64,000 bases of DNA from Veleropilina oligotropha (taxonomy: Eukaryota), in contig JBEUKZ010000008.1 in the NCBI GenBank assembly GCA_048128005.1, positions 558,001-622,000 of the forward strand. Direction: 5' to 3'. Shown in pieces: positions 44,731 through 57,899 of this stretch. The notes beneath the pieces are model-generated. The model saw only the letters and a list, made by a program, of their open reading frames with translations, made no database searches and was not told where the DNA came from. A program made the position numbers and the translations under genes. The first letter of the stretch is position 1. Every line of letters starts with the position of its first letter.

Positions 44731-45329
44731 GTTTAGAATGATGCTTAATAGCCCGTTTAAGGTTCATAACAGAACATACATATAATATGCCTGGGAAAAT
44801 CAGCTCTCATCAACTAGCTATGGACAACTGAGATTGTTAATTGAACAACGTGTTCCACCTAGGAGTCGAACACATGTCAGAGTAGAGAAGTAATTTAGTA
44901 AACATGTAGAAGATTTGTCCCGAGTGAGTATTTATTCTCACACTTCTACTTTGGCGAACAATATTCATACTTGCGCAATATTTATGCTTTGATATTCGAT
45001 CGCCTAAAATAAAAACACACTGGCGGTATTCTGCAACGTTGTTGTTCGTGAATAGTCGTGTGGCAACGCTGTATATTCTGACAGAGATGTAACACTTTAG
45101 TCCCGCCGGCGAATTGATGAGTTGTTAAAGTGTCGTAAAACATGCAACCAATCAATCAAGCTTCCTTCGTTAACCTAATTGTATTTACATTTGTATTCGA
45201 ATTGTCAGTGGATGTCATGCATCGTCTGTTTTATATTTATTGTTAGAAATTTGTTCGCGTATACAAATATCTTGAGGATATTGTTAATTGTCTTTCGAAT
45301 TTTACAGGTTTGTGTGGACCTCGGTTAAA

Positions 45330-48300
45330 ATGAAGAAATCCGGACACATTTTATATCTATTTATTTTGAAATTGTTATTTGCTGCAGTAATTTCCGCTAT
45401 ACTTCCAACAATCCAACATGAACAAACGTCGAACAATGCAAACATTATACAGGAACATCCCATCTTTGTTCCTGTTAATTATCAGAACAACAGAGTGCAC
45501 GCTGCAGAACAACTCAGCGTGACTTCAGTGGTGGAACAGCGAAATATTGAAGAACTACTAAATTCAGGAGTTCAACAATTTCAGACTGACGTCCTTAGCC
45601 CTAATGGCATTATGGAAACAGCTGGTGTTTCAAGCGTAAACGCCGTTGCTTCGCAGACAGAAACAAACTCTTTAAATTTACTTGATGTGCTCAATCCAAG
45701 ATTTATACCACAAACAGCATCCCTCTTGGGTGGAGATACTGTACCAAGTATCGGTAATGGCCGAAATCTTCCGCAACTTCAGACAGCTGATGTTCCAAGC
45801 GGCAACTACGTTGCTTCGCAGACAGAAACAAACTCTTTAAATTCACTTGATGCGCTTAATTCACGATTGGAACCACAAACAGCATCCCTCTTAGGTGAGG
45901 ATACTATACCAAGTATCGGTAATGGCCGAAATCTTCCGCAACTTCAGACAGCTAGTGTTCCAAGCGACAACACCATTCCTTCGCAGACAGAAACAAACTC
46001 TTTAATTTCACGTGATATACTCAATCCAAGATTTGTACCACAAACAGCATCTTTCTTGGGTGTAGACACTTTACCAAGCATAGGCAATGGTCGAAATATT
46101 CTAAATTCACCTGATATACTCAACCCAAGATTGGTACCACAACAAGCTTCCGTCTTAGGTGGGGTTGTTTTACCATATAACGACAACACGGCAACCAACG
46201 TTCCTTCTTTTATAGCTAGTGTTCCTGAACAGCGTGAGTTGAATTCGTTTTACGTACGCTCTGCTGCAGCCAATCAAGAAGCAGCTATCTCCAACGAGGC
46301 TCTAAATCGCAATGACGTAATTCATCTTGCACCTGTTCCTCCTCTGGCACAATTGGATCCATTTTCCATAACTTCATTTGGTATAAACAAGCCTCCGAGA
46401 ATGCCACCATCGAAAATACGCAGCTCCAATTACGCCATCATACATAATGACGCAGATCAAATCGCCAATATCCAACCAGAACCGTCTACTACTACTGCGC
46501 ATGATCCGTTTGTACCGAATTCATTCGATACTGGTAATGCACCCACGATATCGCAAAGAGAAACGGATCTCTTGATCAATGCTAACGGACCAAGTGTTGA
46601 AAACCCCGCTAAAAGCGTTCCAAAAATACGTAGCTCCAATTATGGCATAATTCATGATGACATAAATCAAATTGCAAATATCCACCTAGAACCGGCCACA
46701 ACAACACCACAAGAATCGTTTGGACCGAGACCATTCGATATCGGCAGTGATCCCGGGATATCACAAGTAGAGACGTTCAACAATGTTTTTAGACCAAGTG
46801 TTGAAAGTCCTGCTGAAAGATTTCCCGAAATACGTAGTTCCAATTATGACGCAAAGCAGATCGCAAACATTCCTTCAGAACCGATTACTACAACACCGCA
46901 AGAACTATTTGCACTGAGTTCATTCGATACCGGCAGTGCTCCTATTATATCGCAAGGAGAGCCAATAGATCCCACTCTCATGCGAACTGAAAGAGTTTCA
47001 CCAATAGACGCGCCCATCTTGAATGATCTTATTGGTCCAAGTGCTTCAGACCCTGTTGCAAACCTTCCTCTAGATGTAGGAATTTTTTCTCAGTCACGAG
47101 ATTTCGGGAATATCGGAAACATGCCATCACAAGAAGTACCCACTTTAAATGAAGCCAATAACCAAAATAACGCACCTCTCCATGTCGGAATGTCTACGGA
47201 GACAAGAGATATAATACGTCAGTTTCCAATTTCCTTGAATTCATTCGATGTAAGTAACACCAGACTAGCAAGTATTTCTCCATTGGCACAGCTGCCAACA
47301 TTGCATGCAATCGATGTAAATGCCAACACTGGACCTGTGCCACAACGGGAAACGCGACAGAACGGCGCAATTCGACCTGCAGTATTTAATTCATTGGCAG
47401 ATCTTTCAACATTGAATGAAATCGATGTAAACGCCAACATTGGACCAGTACCACAACAGGAAAATCCCGATATCACACAACAAGTAATGCCACCTCGGGA
47501 AACAGCCATCTTGATTGACGAAATGAGACGGAACGACGTGAGTCGCCTTGCGAGTATAGTTTCCGGTATAAGCAATACTAAACAACCGGAAGAACCTCCC
47601 TTCAATTCATTGGGAATGAGGAATACTGCAGAAGTACCACAACTTGAACCTTCAAACATGATTGATGGTATGCGACAAACTGATGCAAATCACTTGGCAG
47701 GAATTCCTCGCAATACAGCTAATGTTTTACACAGGGGAGTTAATCATCGCAATAGTATAAATAATCATGAACGAATACCATTAGAGGCACATGACGCCAG
47801 ACATAGATTAACCGTGCCGTCAGAGAGAGCTACTCATCCAGGTCCTTTACAATTGAATTCACATATTGAAATGATACCACCACTAGAAACGGCGAACTTC
47901 ATTGAAGCTATGAGACGTGGTGGTATGAATAGCGCCGCAAGGGCTCCATCTCAAATCGTCAATGTCATGCACCCTGAATCTGTTTCCTCAAATTCACATA
48001 GTGCCGGTGGCGTATCTGTAATGGGACCACCCGTTGTAAACAATTTCTCGCGCAATAATGACGGCAATAGTCAGAGTGTTCCCTCTTTGTCCGTCAGTGT
48101 TTCACCACCAGAAGCTCCTGCTTTTAATGTACAAGGTAGAGTCAACATAAGAGAGATGCTACAGCGTCGAAATAGCGCCAGTAGCCCAGCTGGCGTTCAT
48201 ACTGAGACGGCAAGTGTTCCGCGTCCTGGGAAACTTCCTTTCAATTCATTTGATATGGGCATCCCTGGACGTATGGCGGATAACAACCCACATATTATTA

Positions 48301-49725
48301 GTGAAAGTATCGACCAAACAGGAGGAAATCTTGCCCCAAGAGCTCCTGTTGAGACAGTGAATCTTCAACCGCCAATGCCAAGTTCGTTTGCTCCATCGTC
48401 GCATCCAGAAAAGCCTATATGGAATAATGGTATGATGCATAATGGTGCTCCCACGACACGAAACTTTCCCTCTTCACTTCAAGAACCACTCTCTATGAAT
48501 TCGCTTAACTTTCCTAATCTTGAAGGTGCAACCGGTAATGAAAATCCGCTTAGCCAGCTTGCAAATATCCTTTCAGAAGCAGCTAACGCGCAACAGACCC
48601 CGGGGCAAACATCGGCAGAAGCCGCCAGTCGTCAAAGTGACCTCAATCTTCTTGCCAGCATTTTCTCTGCAGCAGCTAAAGATCCACAGAACGCATTTAA
48701 TATGCCTGGTGCTGGAATACCTTCATTACAAAACACACCTAGTTTGGGTAATGCCATCTGGTCAAATGAAGTTAACCACGACTCGAATGTACCACATGCA
48801 CCAATAAATCCGCCGAATTTCTTTGAAGCAAGCAATGCTCGTGGATTTGGGGGTCCAGATATGCCTTTGCCACCTGGAAGCAGAAACCAACATATACCTC
48901 CGCAATCAGTGGACGTTCCAGGGGTAATGCCTGGACCTCAGCAGCCTGAAAAAATTAACCAACCGCAGATCGGTATAATTCTGCCTGGTGCCTCATTTAA
49001 CGATAGGCGTGGCTTAACAACAAATAATGGTAATGATCATTTTACAAATTTCGCCAATTCAGTTGGTCCCTCACCCCCGAACATCGACATAAACGCAGAT
49101 TTCCGAGGCCAGAATATGCCGAATGCAGGACTGACAGGTGGAAACTTTGCGAGTAATGTAAATAGACCTCATTCGGTGGAGAACAATGTTCATAACAGTA
49201 ATTTGATCCCAGGAATACCTGGGCTTCAGACTTTGACCCAGTTGCAAATTCCTCAAACAATGGCGGCAAGCAATGCTGAACAACATGCAAGTGCATCCAA
49301 TGGTCCCGCACCGAATGTTGCAATCCAACTTCATCTACCTTTCAACGACAACAACATGAAGCAATTATGGAGTCGTATGTCTCGACTAACTGGTGGAGAT
49401 GAAAGACAATTAATGGACCTACTTGGGCCGACTTTGTCCAACACGGAACCAGCACCATCTACTCCTGCTCCAGTCATTCCGAATGTGCGATCGAAAGAAA
49501 AGGCCGTTTTGATTAATGCAAGAATGTTGATGAATAAAATGAAAACCACATCTGACGTGCAGTTGGATCCTGCTACACGGCACGAAATCCAATTTGCTTT
49601 GCATCGTGCTCTGGATTTGAACAGGAGGTTCATTGCCTCGATAACCACTTTACAGAATTTATTGACTGATATTCCTCGGAGAATCAAGAATGCTATAACA
49701 GCGCCACCTACAATAAAGAAACCTG
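45330..49725 (+). CDS. Host gene, large first coding exon: secreted Asn/Pro/Ser-rich low-complexity protein (>1460 aa); probably spliced to exons not identified here
   Basis: Acceptor-like ...ttttacag at 45307, ATG at 45330 with signal-peptide-like MKKSGHILYLFILKLLFAAVISA, a 4.4-kb open frame, and donor-like CTG|GTAAGT at 49725/49726. If unspliced, the ORF stops at 49793. Confidence 0.75.
45648..46160 (+). repeat. 165-bp (55-aa) coding repeat, ~3 copies plus a partial
   Basis: SQTETNSL...PQTAS.LG.DT.PSIGNGRN recurs near 45648, 45813 and 45978. Confidence 0.85.
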
Positions 49726-51008
49726 GTAAGTTATTATTTAGAAAAACCTGCAACATCTTTATTTCAACAAATGCCTCCCCTTGTACATATTAGATATAAC
49801 AGTGATGATGTTGGCCATGCCAGCAATTCTTAGCAGTTCACTAAATGGGGATAAAAGCGAATCAAAGTCAATACGTCCCGTGAAGCAAATATTCATTTTA
49901 GTATTGTGCGCTTATTTTCATTATGACGAATCCATAGAAAACGATAAGATGAGTGCTTATAGTCTTGTTCCTCCTCGAAGTTACTTCACAATTGGTTATA
50001 GGTCTGTTCCACACACATTCAAATAGGCTGTGTATAAAAAAGCAAAGATATGCTTATTTGCTTGCCAACGGGATATCGCATAGACCGGGGCTCCAACGTG
50101 AACATATGCATGCTGAAAGACCGGGATGTCACTATAAAAGCAAGCAGGCGGTGGCCAGGTCATTTCTAAGTTGGTAACAGGCGAGATCACATCGGAGAAT
50201 CGACATATGATTGGTTGGCAAATTGTAGAAACAAGACTGCGACTTTGATTGACAGTCACATAACAAAAGACGTAACAAATTACTGTGATGTAATGATGTG
50301 TTTTTTAGTGTAAGCAATAAACTTCACAGGCAAGATAGAATAACCGACGAAGGAAGGTCACGTCTCAAAAGTGCAGGCCTCGCCTCGGGTGGTTACAGCC
50401 TTTAATCAGATGCTGGTGATGTATACGCACAACTACGACGGCACATATACATTGATAAATGACATAATATTCCATGTTAAAATGCAACAATGCATAATGA
50501 ATCCAACCCACCAACTGCTATTGAATCTTCCTGGCAAATCTCGAATTCGACTGTATCAATTATTATGATGCATCAACGTTCGGTTCGATGTGTTTCAAAT
50601 CATATTCCAAAATGTAATCCTGGCTTTCCTCCAACGTTTCATAGGACATGCCCCAATAATACCATGAAAAAAAACAATATTTTCAACAAGTCTTTGTTTA
50701 ATGCCCACTCGGTTACAAAAATAATGTTATTTGCTTAGTTTTAAATATCTTTGATTGCATGTTATGTCCAATGACCACTTTTCATATCGCCATTACGACC
50801 GTCAATTTAACCCTTACTGCGCGGCTACAGAGTATAATCTGGTGGCATACCTCTCATTGTGCTCGAATGCTAGTCGGCTATGGCGGTAAAATAGATAGAT
50901 ATTTATTTTCCTCCACATGTAAATACAATAATATTTTTTCTGTAATGCACCATTAATAATATATTTACAAGAGGAAGGACGACATCTGAGTCTATGACAG
51001 ACTGTTCC

Positions 51009-51200
51009 AGCAGCAGGGTGGGTGAATGCACTTTTTAGAATGGGAAAATAAGGCTCCCAGCACCATTTCAGAACCGAGGGGGTAGTACTGGGGGGGACTA
51101 GGGGGGTTTAGACTAGGGGCCCACGGCCGCCGGGGAGGCTCCCAGCCCTATTTCGGGACTGAGGGTAGGGCGTGTATTACAAAAAGTCACCGTGTGTACA
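51009..51200 (+). repeat. Inferred left TIR of element 2
   Basis: Similar to 15781-15975 of the element 1 TIR. Its partner lies outside the window. Confidence 0.75.
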
Positions 51201-51324
51201 CAGCGCTGTCAGAAAATCGGGTAGCTTATGATAGTCTATTTGGCCGCGTCGGGGGGACTAGGGGGTTTAGACTAGGGCCCCACGGCCGCCGGGAAGGCTC
51301 CCGGCCCTATTTCGGAACTGAGGG
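51091..51324 (+). repeat. ~75-bp G-rich subterminal direct repeat (51091-51165 and 51251-51324)
   Basis: ggggggactagggggtttagactaggg..ccacggccgccggg.aggctccc twice. Confidence 0.85.
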
Positions 51325-51495
51325 ACGGCGATTGTGTAAAACTCCCTTCTTACCGCCTTTGGTCTTCTTCTTAAAGACCGCCTGTTCACCATCGTCGAGG
51401 TCAACAATCAAAACGTCGTAGCCCGATTTCAAGAGGGTCCTGATGCGTTGGGAACTTTTCGCGCCACGCAACCTGGGAACGGCTTTCTGCGGCAT
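51307..51495 (-). CDS. Small basic protein, homolog of 16024..16224
   Basis: Shared GY.VLIV.LD.GEQA motif. Confidence 0.7.
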   Translation of the reverse strand: MPQKAVPRLRGAKSSQRIRTLLKSGYDVLIVDLDDGEQAVFKKKTKGGKKGVLHNRRPSVPK

Positions 51496-51658
51496 GTTGC
51501 TTCAAGTATAACTACACAGTGTCTAACACGACCAGCTATTTCGCGCTGATATAGTAGCATGTAGTAAGAGCCCGTAGGGACGGCCCACAACCCTCGCCGG
51601 CCCGGGCATTGCTTTTAGACATACCCATTGGACGGGTATATCCAATGCAAAGGATACG

Positions 51659-51946
51659 ATGAAGGGCTATGACACCTGTCAATGGCTCACCATCAGCTCC
51701 ACGGAGTTATGCGGTAAGAGTTGTCTGAGAGAGTTTTGCAAAGTCCACCTGGCTCGGCTACGGCGAAATGGCTGGGGCACAAAGCCCTGCATCAAATGTG
51801 GCAAAGGCGTCTTTAACCGGCTTACGTTGTGTAAGGGCTGTGGGTATCACAATGAGGACGTTAAGGATTGGGGACGAAAGAAAAGGGCCTTCCAGAGAGA
51901 GTTTCTCCGCATGGCTGCAATATACCTCACCCAAATTTCCTATTAG
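51659..51946 (+). CDS. Putative zinc-finger protein, homolog of 16351..16626
   Basis: All Cys/His positions are conserved. Confidence 0.75.
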   Translation: MKGYDTCQWLTISSTELCGKSCLREFCKVHLARLRRNGWGTKPCIKCGKGVFNRLTLCKGCGYHNEDVKDWGRKKRAFQREFLRMAAIYLTQISY

Positions 51947-51982
51947 AGAGGCGCTGGCCTAAGTGTATACCCGCCCAGCAAC

Positions 51983-54900
51983 ATGGATGCACTGCGGAAT
52001 TTAGCGAAAGATTACGGGCTTCCCACTCGGTCGAAGCTCAAGAAGAACGACCTCATCAGGGCAATAGCCGGGGTCCGTGCTGCCGAGTTTCGGAGGAGAC
52101 TCGAGCGGGCGATGAAAACGGGAAGGTTCCCCTCCATACGTGGAGATGTGGAGAACCCCCACAAAAGAGGCCGTCGTGCTCGCGAATTGCGGCAGCTTAA
52201 GGACGAGGTCGACGTGGCCCTCAAGGTCCGTAAATACACCACCCAGGCTGAGAAAAATCCCGGGATACGACAGAGGCCACTTCGTCGTATCACCGATCGA
52301 ATCATCAAGCCACACCTGCACGGTCTGACTAGGTCTCGGAAAGAGACCCTTGCCCGGGCAATACGGAAGGCCGTTGTTGAGGAATTTGACCCAATTCCCA
52401 TCTCCAAAACGCCCCGGACAGCCCAGGACTACCAGAAGGATCTTCTAGGGCTGTTTACCACAACAGAGGGGCAACCATTCATCGACCTGGATGACCAAGC
52501 CCCTCCCCCAGTAAGACTCCCAGCAAAAGAGCCATGGGTGGAACTCTTGAACGACGCCAAAGACGAGTTTGAGGTCGATGGCGCCGCGGCGGCTTTCTCC
52601 ACATGGAGGGTAGAAGTAGAGAACATCGGCGCCCTGGATGCCCATATGACAGATGCGAGGGCGGTACAGCTCCTCACAGCCCTTCCAAAAGGCGAGTTTG
52701 TGGTAAGAATCAAGTTCTTGCGTGAGTGGCATGAAGGTGACTGGATGGTCGAAGATAAGTTTGACCCGGTGAAAGCTGCTAGGAAGAAGGGCCAGGGTAT
52801 CTTTGAGATATCCCATGACACTCGGCCGGGTGCTACCACTGGGGTCGACAAGGTCTACTACGAGAACGCCTATCCGGTCACTGCAGTCGTCTACGGCCTC
52901 TACCCTCTCAGAGAACCAAACCCCGCCAACCTGGTACCAATGAAAAACGGTGACCTCAACTGCGTTGCCCAGAGAGTGGTTGAGCACTTTGAAGGTGCTC
53001 TGAGAGGACACGGACTCACTCCGACACGAAGACGAAAAATACAGGAGTGGGAAGAGCTAGTTCATGTAACAGGAGCTTCCGTCGACGATGTGGCCCGACT
53101 GGAGAGGATCCTCAAGCGGGCGATTATCTTGAGAGACATCGCAGGTGCGGACATCTACAACAGTGGGCAGTACCAGTTTGGTGGCAACGGGGTGAGAGGT
53201 AAAGTAGAGCTCATCTGTCACAACGGCCACGCATGGTCCAAAGAGCTGCACTTTCCGCAGTCTCGCGAGGTCCACCTGTATGAGTGCGATGTCTGGGAAG
53301 CTATCCGACAAGCCACACGTAATGAGCCATTAGCTGTCTGGCTCCTTGGTGGTACAGACCGACAGCTCAGCGTGGACCAGTTCGTGCTTCAAGACGGCCG
53401 CACGTACAGGACGAAAGAGACTCACACCGCTCTTCATGAAGCCTGTAAGGCTCTAGGTAATGAGGCCCTTGCCGAGCGAGCCTTCGGCGAGAACCATGCA
53501 GCTAGCATTATGGCCAAAGAGAACAACGGCTGGAAACCTACCCCAGCCAGCCTGCTCGATGACATCCAGAAGGCCTGCGTAGAGCATGGTCATGGTGGCC
53601 TTTGGAATTCCATGAACTATGATACGAGAGATGTCTGCTGCATCGATATGAAAGCCTGCTACCCTGCTAGCTTTCAGGGGAAGGGTGAGGCTAAGCCGTA
53701 CTTCGAAAGATTCGGACACCCGACCCACAGCATGACTCGCGTCGCAATTAACGGTCCTCTTCCCCAAGAAATCGGTACTGGCTTTGCTGAGGTCGTGGAA
53801 TGGGAGTTTGCACAAGAAATCCACCCCACCATTCCCGCCTGGTTCGGAAAGCGCTTTGCAGAAATGAGTTGGGCACCAACCCCGCTGCTCGCCTTCCTCA
53901 TAGAATCTGGACTGCTAAAAAGCCTCAAGATCCGAGAAGCCATCATCGCATTCAGAAAGCAGACCGATGTCTGGCTTCCTCTGGATCGTGACCAGGGCTG
54001 CAGCATTATCGGCAAATTCACCCAAGGCGCCAAGGCAGACGGAAAAAGATTGACTCGGAGACTGGTGACCGACCAGGGGGAGCTCGACTTCCTCGTAAGA
54101 GACACCCGCCAAAGCGGCACCCTGGTTGGCGCTCCTCAGAGATGCCCCCTCGGTCACATCCTCACGTATTATGATAGCTCCCAGCCTCAGTACGCCCACC
54201 TGAGGGCCAGCATGTTGGCCTATGCCCACATAAACCTCTTGAGCATGCTCCAGCGTTTCAGTGCAGCAGAAGCCGTATGCGTGGCCACTGACAGCATCTA
54301 CCTCAAGAAGGCCTCGTTGGAGAAGCTCGACGATGTTAAGGCGTACGTTGCCCCCCAACTCTGCGACTGTGGCGAGAAATCGTGCATCTCCTGTCTGATC
54401 GGGGAGACGTACCTTCCGCCAGTAGCACCGGCCCAGTGGCGTGACAAGGGCGAACAGCTGTATATGCCACAGGAGCATGCCGCATACCTGCCCAAGCCAG
54501 AGTATTGTTGTGCCGCCAATTCCAGCCAGCCAAGCACCGCGCCATGCTATAACGACACACTGACCCACCATCGCCTGAGTTACCTCAACGGTGGAGGGGG
54601 CTGTGGCAAGACTACGAGACCGATCGAACTATTTCGGGCAAGAAATCCCACGGTGTTCACGCCAACCCACCGCCTCGCTAAAGAGATGTGGACCAGGGGT
54701 GTCAAAGCCCAGACATACCACAGCTTCTTCCGATGGAGTGGTCAGAATGACTGGACGCCCGATCGCATGGGTCAGAAGTTCATCCCCCGCGTCATTATCT
54801 GGGACGAGATCTGTACTGTTCCCCGGCATATCCTCGAGATGTTCTTGGACTGGCTGGGCCAGCACGAAGTGCAGATTATCTGTTGTGGGGACCAGGGCCA

Positions 54901-55872
54901 GCCACCACCGATTACGGGGGAGATGCCACACGATTGGCTGCGAGAGACCGCGGACTACTATGAAGAGATCGAAGTAGACTATCGGGCGAAAGACGACCCT
55001 GCCCTCCAAGCCCTGAAAAGACGTATCCGCCTCCAGCCCGACAAAGTCCAGTGCCAGGAAATGCGTAAGACTCTCCCCAGCTGCCTTGGATGGGACTGGT
55101 TTGTCAAAGCCTGGCTTCCAGGCGACCTAATCCTCACCAGCCGTCAGAAGGTCCACGAACGGGCTCAAGAGCTGTTGCTCCAGAGGCACAAGGAGCACTT
55201 CCCAGACTCCCAGGTTCCTATCCTTTACCACCCCAGGGACACCCGTAAGCAAAACATCATGGTAACAATTCCGGGCACCGACGAAAGACAGGAGCTAGTT
55301 CTCAACGACGTCGTTGAGGTCACGATTGAGGCCGCTGAGCGGGCTATCCTGACCCCGGATTGGCGCCTGGGCTATGCTCTCACCATCCATTCGAGCCAGG
55401 GTCTTACGATTCACGACCCACAGAAAGTCTGGATCATCGACGACTACCTTCAGTGGTGTAATCTCGCCTACCTAGCCATGTCCCGGGTGGAGTATCTGCG
55501 TCAGCTCGAATGGGTAACCTGTCCTCCGGATGAGGGTTCTGAGGACAGGCCCCCGACGCGCAAGCGCAGCAGAGCAAGCAGCAGGTTCGAAAGACCATCC
55601 AGAAAAAGCTTTTGGCATACAAACGCCAGGACCAGGCCAAGGATCTCCAGGGATTTAACCTCAAGGTGGAATACATCCTGCGGCTCAGAGAGGCCCAAAA
55701 CAACCGATGCGCAGCATGCAACATAGAGCTGCTCTGGGCATATGCCCCGAAAGACACACAGCAGTTCAGTGTCGACCGTGTGGACAACAGCAGGGGCCAC
55801 ATCCGCGACAACGTGCGCTTAACGTGCCTCGAATGTAACCGAAAAAGAGGGGCTGCTGCTGTCAACGTTTGA
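51983..55872 (+). pseudogene. Replicase polyprotein homolog with a frameshift near 55550-55585 that separates the HNH-like domain
   Basis: Same motifs as 16674..20510. After EDRPP the homologous RKTIQKK...CAAC...CLECN continues in another frame (ORF 55612..55872). Confidence 0.85.
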
Positions 55873-56917
55873 GAACTCCAACCGGCGGCAGCTGGGTGTC
55901 ACGAGGCACCACGAGCAGTTCCTCTCGAACGAACCCACGTGGTGGTCCATCGAGCAAGTAGTAGAGCACAGGCTCGTCAGGTTTAGTGACAGAGCGTCCA
56001 AGCCTGTGAACTTTTAGAGACCACACCGGGTCAGTCGCTCGCCGGCGACCACCCTCTAGCTCACCATCGTAGTAAAGGTAACGAACACCAACGCCTGAGG
56101 GGAGTTTCTGTTCCTTCCCCTGTCGGCCTGGAACAGTGGAAGAAGGATTTTGTACAACGCGAGGCGCCTTGATGGCGTCCTTGGGCTTTTTACCGGTGAG
56201 GCGGGTCACTTCCCCATTCAAGGCTGCAACAACGGCGGGCAGCCTGGCCACCCACTCAGTCGACCTTTGACCCTCTTTTGCAGTCCCTGCAAAACGCATC
56301 TCTGTTGCATACTGGTGCCCGAAGAGCCGCTCAGCGAGCGTCCGGTTGAAGCGCTCCACGATCCCTTGGTCGCGATGAATATCCACACGGCCACGCCTAA
56401 CCTCGACGTTATTTGTAGCCAGCAGCTGGGAGACCGCGCCCATAAACTCCCTCCCTGGGTCGACTTGAAGCAGTTTCGGCCAGCTAAGAGGACTCCGCCT
56501 GTAGATTCGAGACAGAGCTTCAGCAACCCCTTTGGCCTCTTTTGTGGCCAGAGGCTCAGCCTCTTTGTAGCGTGAGGCCACGTCAACAACCGTCAGCGCA
56601 TACCTGTAGCTCCGTTGCTTTTGTGCCAAGCCCACTGTGTCATGGGGCAGAAACAGGAGGTCGGCTTGGTGAACCTCGTTCGGCGCTACGACGTCGAATT
56701 TTGGTCGTGGAATCCTCCGTGGCGCAGGTAAATAGATTTGCCAGATGGCCTGCTTCTTCAGCCAATCCCGGGCCACGTCTTCAGAGACATCTACTGCGGC
56801 CGAGAGATGTTTTATCGCGGCGATCCCTTTCCAGTAGCCTCGGGGGCTATAGTAGCTATTCGCAAGCTTCCGGTCGAGTTCTTTAGCCATCAAGGGCTTC
56901 TGTCTCTTCGACGACAT
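55862..56917 (-). CDS. DDE integrase, homolog of 20500..21498
   Basis: HQADLL, LQVDPGREF, VERFNRTL. The start is ATG 56917 or 56890. Confidence 0.93.
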   Translation of the reverse strand: MSSKRQKPLMAKELDRKLANSYYSPRGYWKGIAAIKHLSAAVDVSEDVARDWLKKQAIWQIYLPAPRRIPRPKFDVVAPNEVHQADLLFLPHDTVGLAQKQRSYRYALTVVDVASRYKEAEPLATKEAKGVAEALSRIYRRSPLSWPKLLQVDPGREFMGAVSQLLATNNVEVRRGRVDIHRDQGIVERFNRTLAERLFGHQYATEMRFAGTAKEGQRSTEWVARLPAVVAALNGEVTRLTGKKPKDAIKAPRVVQNPSSTVPGRQGKEQKLPSGVGVRYLYYDGELEGGRRRATDPVWSLKVHRLGRSVTKPDEPVLYYLLDGPPRGFVREELLVVPRDTQLPPVGVLKR

Positions 56918-57146
56918 CGAGACCAGCAATGTATTCCAGCAACGTGATCAGTCTCCAACAGGCTTCAGCCTCCGCCTCCGGAAGCTGCCCAGTCGTCGCC
57001 CGTAGTTTGGTCGGGCCCGAGAGCACCATGACCGCGAACCGCACCATAGTCTTTTCGTTGCGCCGCCAGCAGTCGAGTGACGTAGTACCAAGGCCCACCC
57101 CGCTGACCGCAAGCATGGCGCAGTACAGCTCTTCTGGGAGCCCCAT
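56883..57146 (-). CDS. Small protein, homolog of 21491..21712
   Basis: MGLPEELYCAMLAV...CWRL conserved. Confidence 0.65.
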   Translation of the reverse strand: MGLPEELYCAMLAVSGVGLGTTSLDCWRRNEKTMVRFAVMVLSGPTKLRATTGQLPEAEAEACWRLITLLEYIAGLDVVEETEALDG

Positions 57147-57188
57147 TATTATACATGTCCACGAAAAAAAAATGTCCACTGGAAATAA

Positions 57189-57617
57189 TTAGGCGAGCTT
57201 GTAGGCTACCAACCCGGTCGCAGCCATCCCCAGGATCACGAAGGTCAGCTCACGCCCCTTCTGGTCATCACTCGGCGTGTAGTAGTCAGACAGGGCGGGC
57301 TCAGGGCCACCCCCCAGGCCGGGGTCAAGGTTCTTGCTGGTGATCAAGGCATACTCACGGATCGCGGCGTCAACATCCCGGAATGTGCCAACGGCATGAC
57401 CCTGGCGGCGAAGTTCAATGTTAAGCCAATCGAGACGCTCTGCCCTCTTTTGGGACCACTTAGTCTGAGCGGCCTGGAGCTGCTCTACGGCTTTGTCATG
57501 GCGTTTACGCTCCTCATCAACACCGGAGCTGCGTAGCTTCGAGAACAGGAAGTTGGACCCGCTGAAGGCGAGGGCGTTGACGAGAGCGCCCCCAACCAGC
57601 ATCGCAATGGAAGCCAT
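57189..57617 (-). CDS. 142-aa membrane/coiled-coil protein, homolog of 21753..22181
   Basis: Near-identical protein. Confidence 0.8.
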   Translation of the reverse strand: MASIAMLVGGALVNALAFSGSNFLFSKLRSSGVDEERKRHDKAVEQLQAAQTKWSQKRAERLDWLNIELRRQGHAVGTFRDVDAAIREYALITSKNLDPGLGGGPEPALSDYYTPSDDQKGRELTFVILGMAATGLVAYKLA

Positions 57618-57647
57618 TGAAGTGCTGCGATTATCTAGCAGGTCCCA

Positions 57648-57887
57648 CTACTTCAAAACGTCGGCCGGAATGATGCCTTGCTTGATCAGCATATCTTTCG
57701 TCGCCATGGCGAGCGCTACGTCGAGGACGACCATCCAGACGTCGTAACCCGTGAAGTCCAGCTTGGGGCTCGCCCCCTTGAATACCATTTTTCCCAGGCG
57801 TGCGTAGCCGATGGCAAGGCCTGATACGATCGCTGCGTGATAGACGGCGTTGCCGAGCATCTTTCCATCAGTAATCGGGGTAGTCAT
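57648..57887 (-). CDS. 79-aa hydrophobic protein, homolog of 22213..22452
   Basis: Near-identical protein. Confidence 0.8.
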   Translation of the reverse strand: MTTPITDGKMLGNAVYHAAIVSGLAIGYARLGKMVFKGASPKLDFTGYDVWMVVLDVALAMATKDMLIKQGIIPADVLK

Positions 57888-57899
57888 GTTGTACTGAGA

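Noticed and set aside
51061..51324. Telomere-like repeats (ttagactagggg)
   Set aside because: Not a tandem TTAGGG array; these are subterminal repeats of the element.
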